The position numbers and the translations under genes were made by a program. From an uncultured virus (IMG/VR IMGVR_UViG_3300050821_002105) (lineage: Duplodnaviria; Heunggongvirae; Uroviricota; Caudoviricetes): a stretch of 64,000 nt of DNA. The notes below the pieces were generated by a model that saw only the letters and a list, made by a program, of their open reading frames with translations, made no database searches and was not told the origin of the DNA. Each line of letters opens with the position of its first letter. Within the stretch, counting starts at the first letter, position 1. Location: IMG/VR virus record IMGVR_UViG_3300050821_002105. One strand, given 5' to 3'. Shown here in pieces: positions 62,199 through 64,000 of the stretch.

Positions 62199-63593
62199 AT
62201 GGCTACCCCTCTTGAAGAGGCGCTTACAGCGGTAGGCGCACAAGCGCTTATCCAGAAGCGTATTGACCCTAACTTGCTGGAGTACCAGCGCCGTTACGCT
62301 CCACTTGTGCGTACACTGCCTACTACACCTTGGAACTCCACGGTGTACTACTTCAACAACCGCACGCAGCAGCCTTCCGGTGGTTTCGTAACTGACGGTG
62401 GCGCACGCGCTGTGACCACTTCGACGTACAACCAGAACCTATACCCAATCAAGCTCTTGCAGGTTGTGGGTGCAGTGACTGGTTACGCTCAGGCTGTGAC
62501 CGCAGACCTGATCGGCAACTTGCGCGCCAAGGAAATCATGGGCGCCGCAAAGCGTCTGTACTGGTCGGTTGAGAACGCTATCTGCTGGGGCAACGCTACC
62601 GCTACCGCTGGTGGCCCATACCCTCAGTTCGACGGCCTTGACACCATCGCTAACGTTTACTCCGGTTCGACGCAGAACGCCATCAACTTCCAGGGTGGCG
62701 CATTCGACCTGGGTGCTCTTGACCAACTGATTGACCTGGTTGAGAACAACGTTTCCGAGGATGTTTGCAACAGCGAGTGGATGTTCGTCCTTTCGCCAAC
62801 CGCTGTTAGCCGTCTGGCTCAGTTGTTCACCAACCAGCAACGCTTCGTTGACGAGGTTGAGGTTGCAACTGGTCTGATCGTTCCTTCCTACCGTAACGTT
62901 CCACTTGTGAAGACGAACTTCTTGTCTCCACGCGGTTCTGCTATGAGCGCCATCACGGCTGCTGGAGTTAGCTCCGGTGGTGCGCTGGCGAACGGCACCT
63001 ACTACTACTACGTTTCGTTCATTGTGGACGTGAACGGTGAGTCTCAGGTGCAGCAGCTAGAGGTTAACGCCTCCGTTACTGGCAACGGTGTCATCACGCT
63101 GTCCTTCACGCCTCCTACCGGCTTCGAAAATGGTGTGCCTCTGTCCTACAAGGTTTACCGTGGCACGTCGTCCGGTGCGGAGTCTCTGCTTGGATACGTT
63201 GATGCTAACGTTAGCCCAACTCAGGGTCAGGCTCAGCCTTCTGACATCGTTCAGGCAAACCAGATCATCGACAACGGTGTAACGCTGATTCCTCAGTACA
63301 GCGTTGGAAGCGTGCAGAATGCCTCTAACCCGGCTACCTACGCTGCGATTGGTGAGAACTCCAATGAGTTCCCTCTAAACACCAACTCGGGTCAGAAGGT
63401 ATACCTGATCGCACGCAACTCGGACTACATCATGCGTCCTTACGTTCGTGAGTTCACGCCAGTTGACGTGTACCCAACCACTGCTTCGCCTGACTCGTTG
63501 CCATTCGCAACGGTAACGGACACCACGCTTGCCGTGCGTGCTCCTAAGTACATGGGCAAGCTGGCTAACACCACCGTAAGCCTGTCCAGCTAA
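62199..63593 (+). CDS. Major capsid protein with beta-rich insertion
   Basis: Position; FDGL; terminal LAVRAPK..G.L; strong codon bias; downstream hairpin. Confidence 0.88.
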   Translation: MATPLEEALTAVGAQALIQKRIDPNLLEYQRRYAPLVRTLPTTPWNSTVYYFNNRTQQPSGGFVTDGGARAVTTSTYNQNLYPIKLLQVVGAVTGYAQAVTADLIGNLRAKEIMGAAKRLYWSVENAICWGNATATAGGPYPQFDGLDTIANVYSGSTQNAINFQGGAFDLGALDQLIDLVENNVSEDVCNSEWMFVLSPTAVSRLAQLFTNQQRFVDEVEVATGLIVPSYRNVPLVKTNFLSPRGSAMSAITAAGVSSGGALANGTYYYYVSFIVDVNGESQVQQLEVNASVTGNGVITLSFTPPTGFENGVPLSYKVYRGTSSGAESLLGYVDANVSPTQGQAQPSDIVQANQIIDNGVTLIPQYSVGSVQNASNPATYAAIGENSNEFPLNTNSGQKVYLIARNSDYIMRPYVREFTPVDVYPTTASPDSLPFATVTDTTLAVRAPKYMGKLANTTVSLSS

Positions 63594-63611
63594 GGCTGAC
63601 GACACTTTCTG

Positions 63612-63668
63612 GGACAGGGGTAGAGCGTAGCCGTTCCTCCGACCCTCTACCCCTGTCCTGGAATTTAT
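63612..63668 (+). terminator. Hairpin/terminator after the capsid gene
   Basis: GGACAGGGGTAGAG...CTCTACCCCTGTCC. Confidence 0.7.
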
Positions 63669-63682
63669 TGGAGGAACAATAA

Positions 63683-64000
63683 ATGAGCGACAAAGTACAG
63701 TTAACAAGCGCTGGTGCCCCAAATGGCATTGACGAGTATCACTGGGAACACACGGATTCGGTTGTGGCTGTTCCCCAGGAAGTAGCAGTGCAACTGTTGC
63801 GTATTCCAGGTGGCGGCTATGCTGTAGTTGAAGCATACAAGGCACTTCCGGTTCCATCTGCACCACCGGCTTTTGCACAAAAGGCTGAAGCACCGGCAAA
63901 GAAGGCACCGGGTCGCCCCAAGAAGGCCGCTGCATCCCCAGAAGAAGACAAGCCATCGTTGGTGGCAGCGCTGGGGTTGGTAGAGAACAAGGCAGGATAG
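63683..64000 (+). CDS. Hypothetical virion-module protein
   Basis: GGAGG RBS after capsid. Confidence 0.6.
   Translation: MSDKVQLTSAGAPNGIDEYHWEHTDSVVAVPQEVAVQLLRIPGGGYAVVEAYKALPVPSAPPAFAQKAEAPAKKAPGRPKKAAASPEEDKPSLVAALGLVENKAG

Overview
This is a 64-kb slice of a large tailed dsDNA phage. The host is most likely actinobacterial, probably Acidimicrobiia, inferred from the ferredoxin, Rpf domain, leaderless SigA promoters and GAAC-N4-GTTC boxes. Layout: (1) 0.3-5.9 kb, minus strand: replication genes (iteron-containing initiator, DnaB-like helicase, MazG) and a secreted Rpf-like transglycosylase. (2) 6-17.6 kb: RecA, YqaJ exonuclease, Rad52-like SSAP, HslV-like protease and a probable small terminase. 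(3) 17.6-29.3 kb: an early/accessory region cut into blocks by three repeat-rich non-coding modules; it is GATC-poor and carries amidoligase+GATase, AAA+VWA-like genes and structured RNAs. (4) 29.3-44 kb: small ORFs, MTase, tyrosine recombinase, BCS1-like AAA, nucleotide enzymes and HNH nucleases. (5) 44-53 kb, minus strand: an RNA island with about 36 tRNAs covering all 20 amino acids, a tmRNA, a GGQ peptidyl-tRNA hydrolase, two circularly permuted anticodon-less tRNA mimics and several unidentified structured RNAs. (6) 54.7-64 kb: intein-containing TerL, portal, MuF-like protein, protease/scaffold and major capsid. The most promising novelty is the non-canonical RNA content of the tRNA island and the segmented, operator-dense early region. 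All calls come from manual reading; no searches or folding programs were run.
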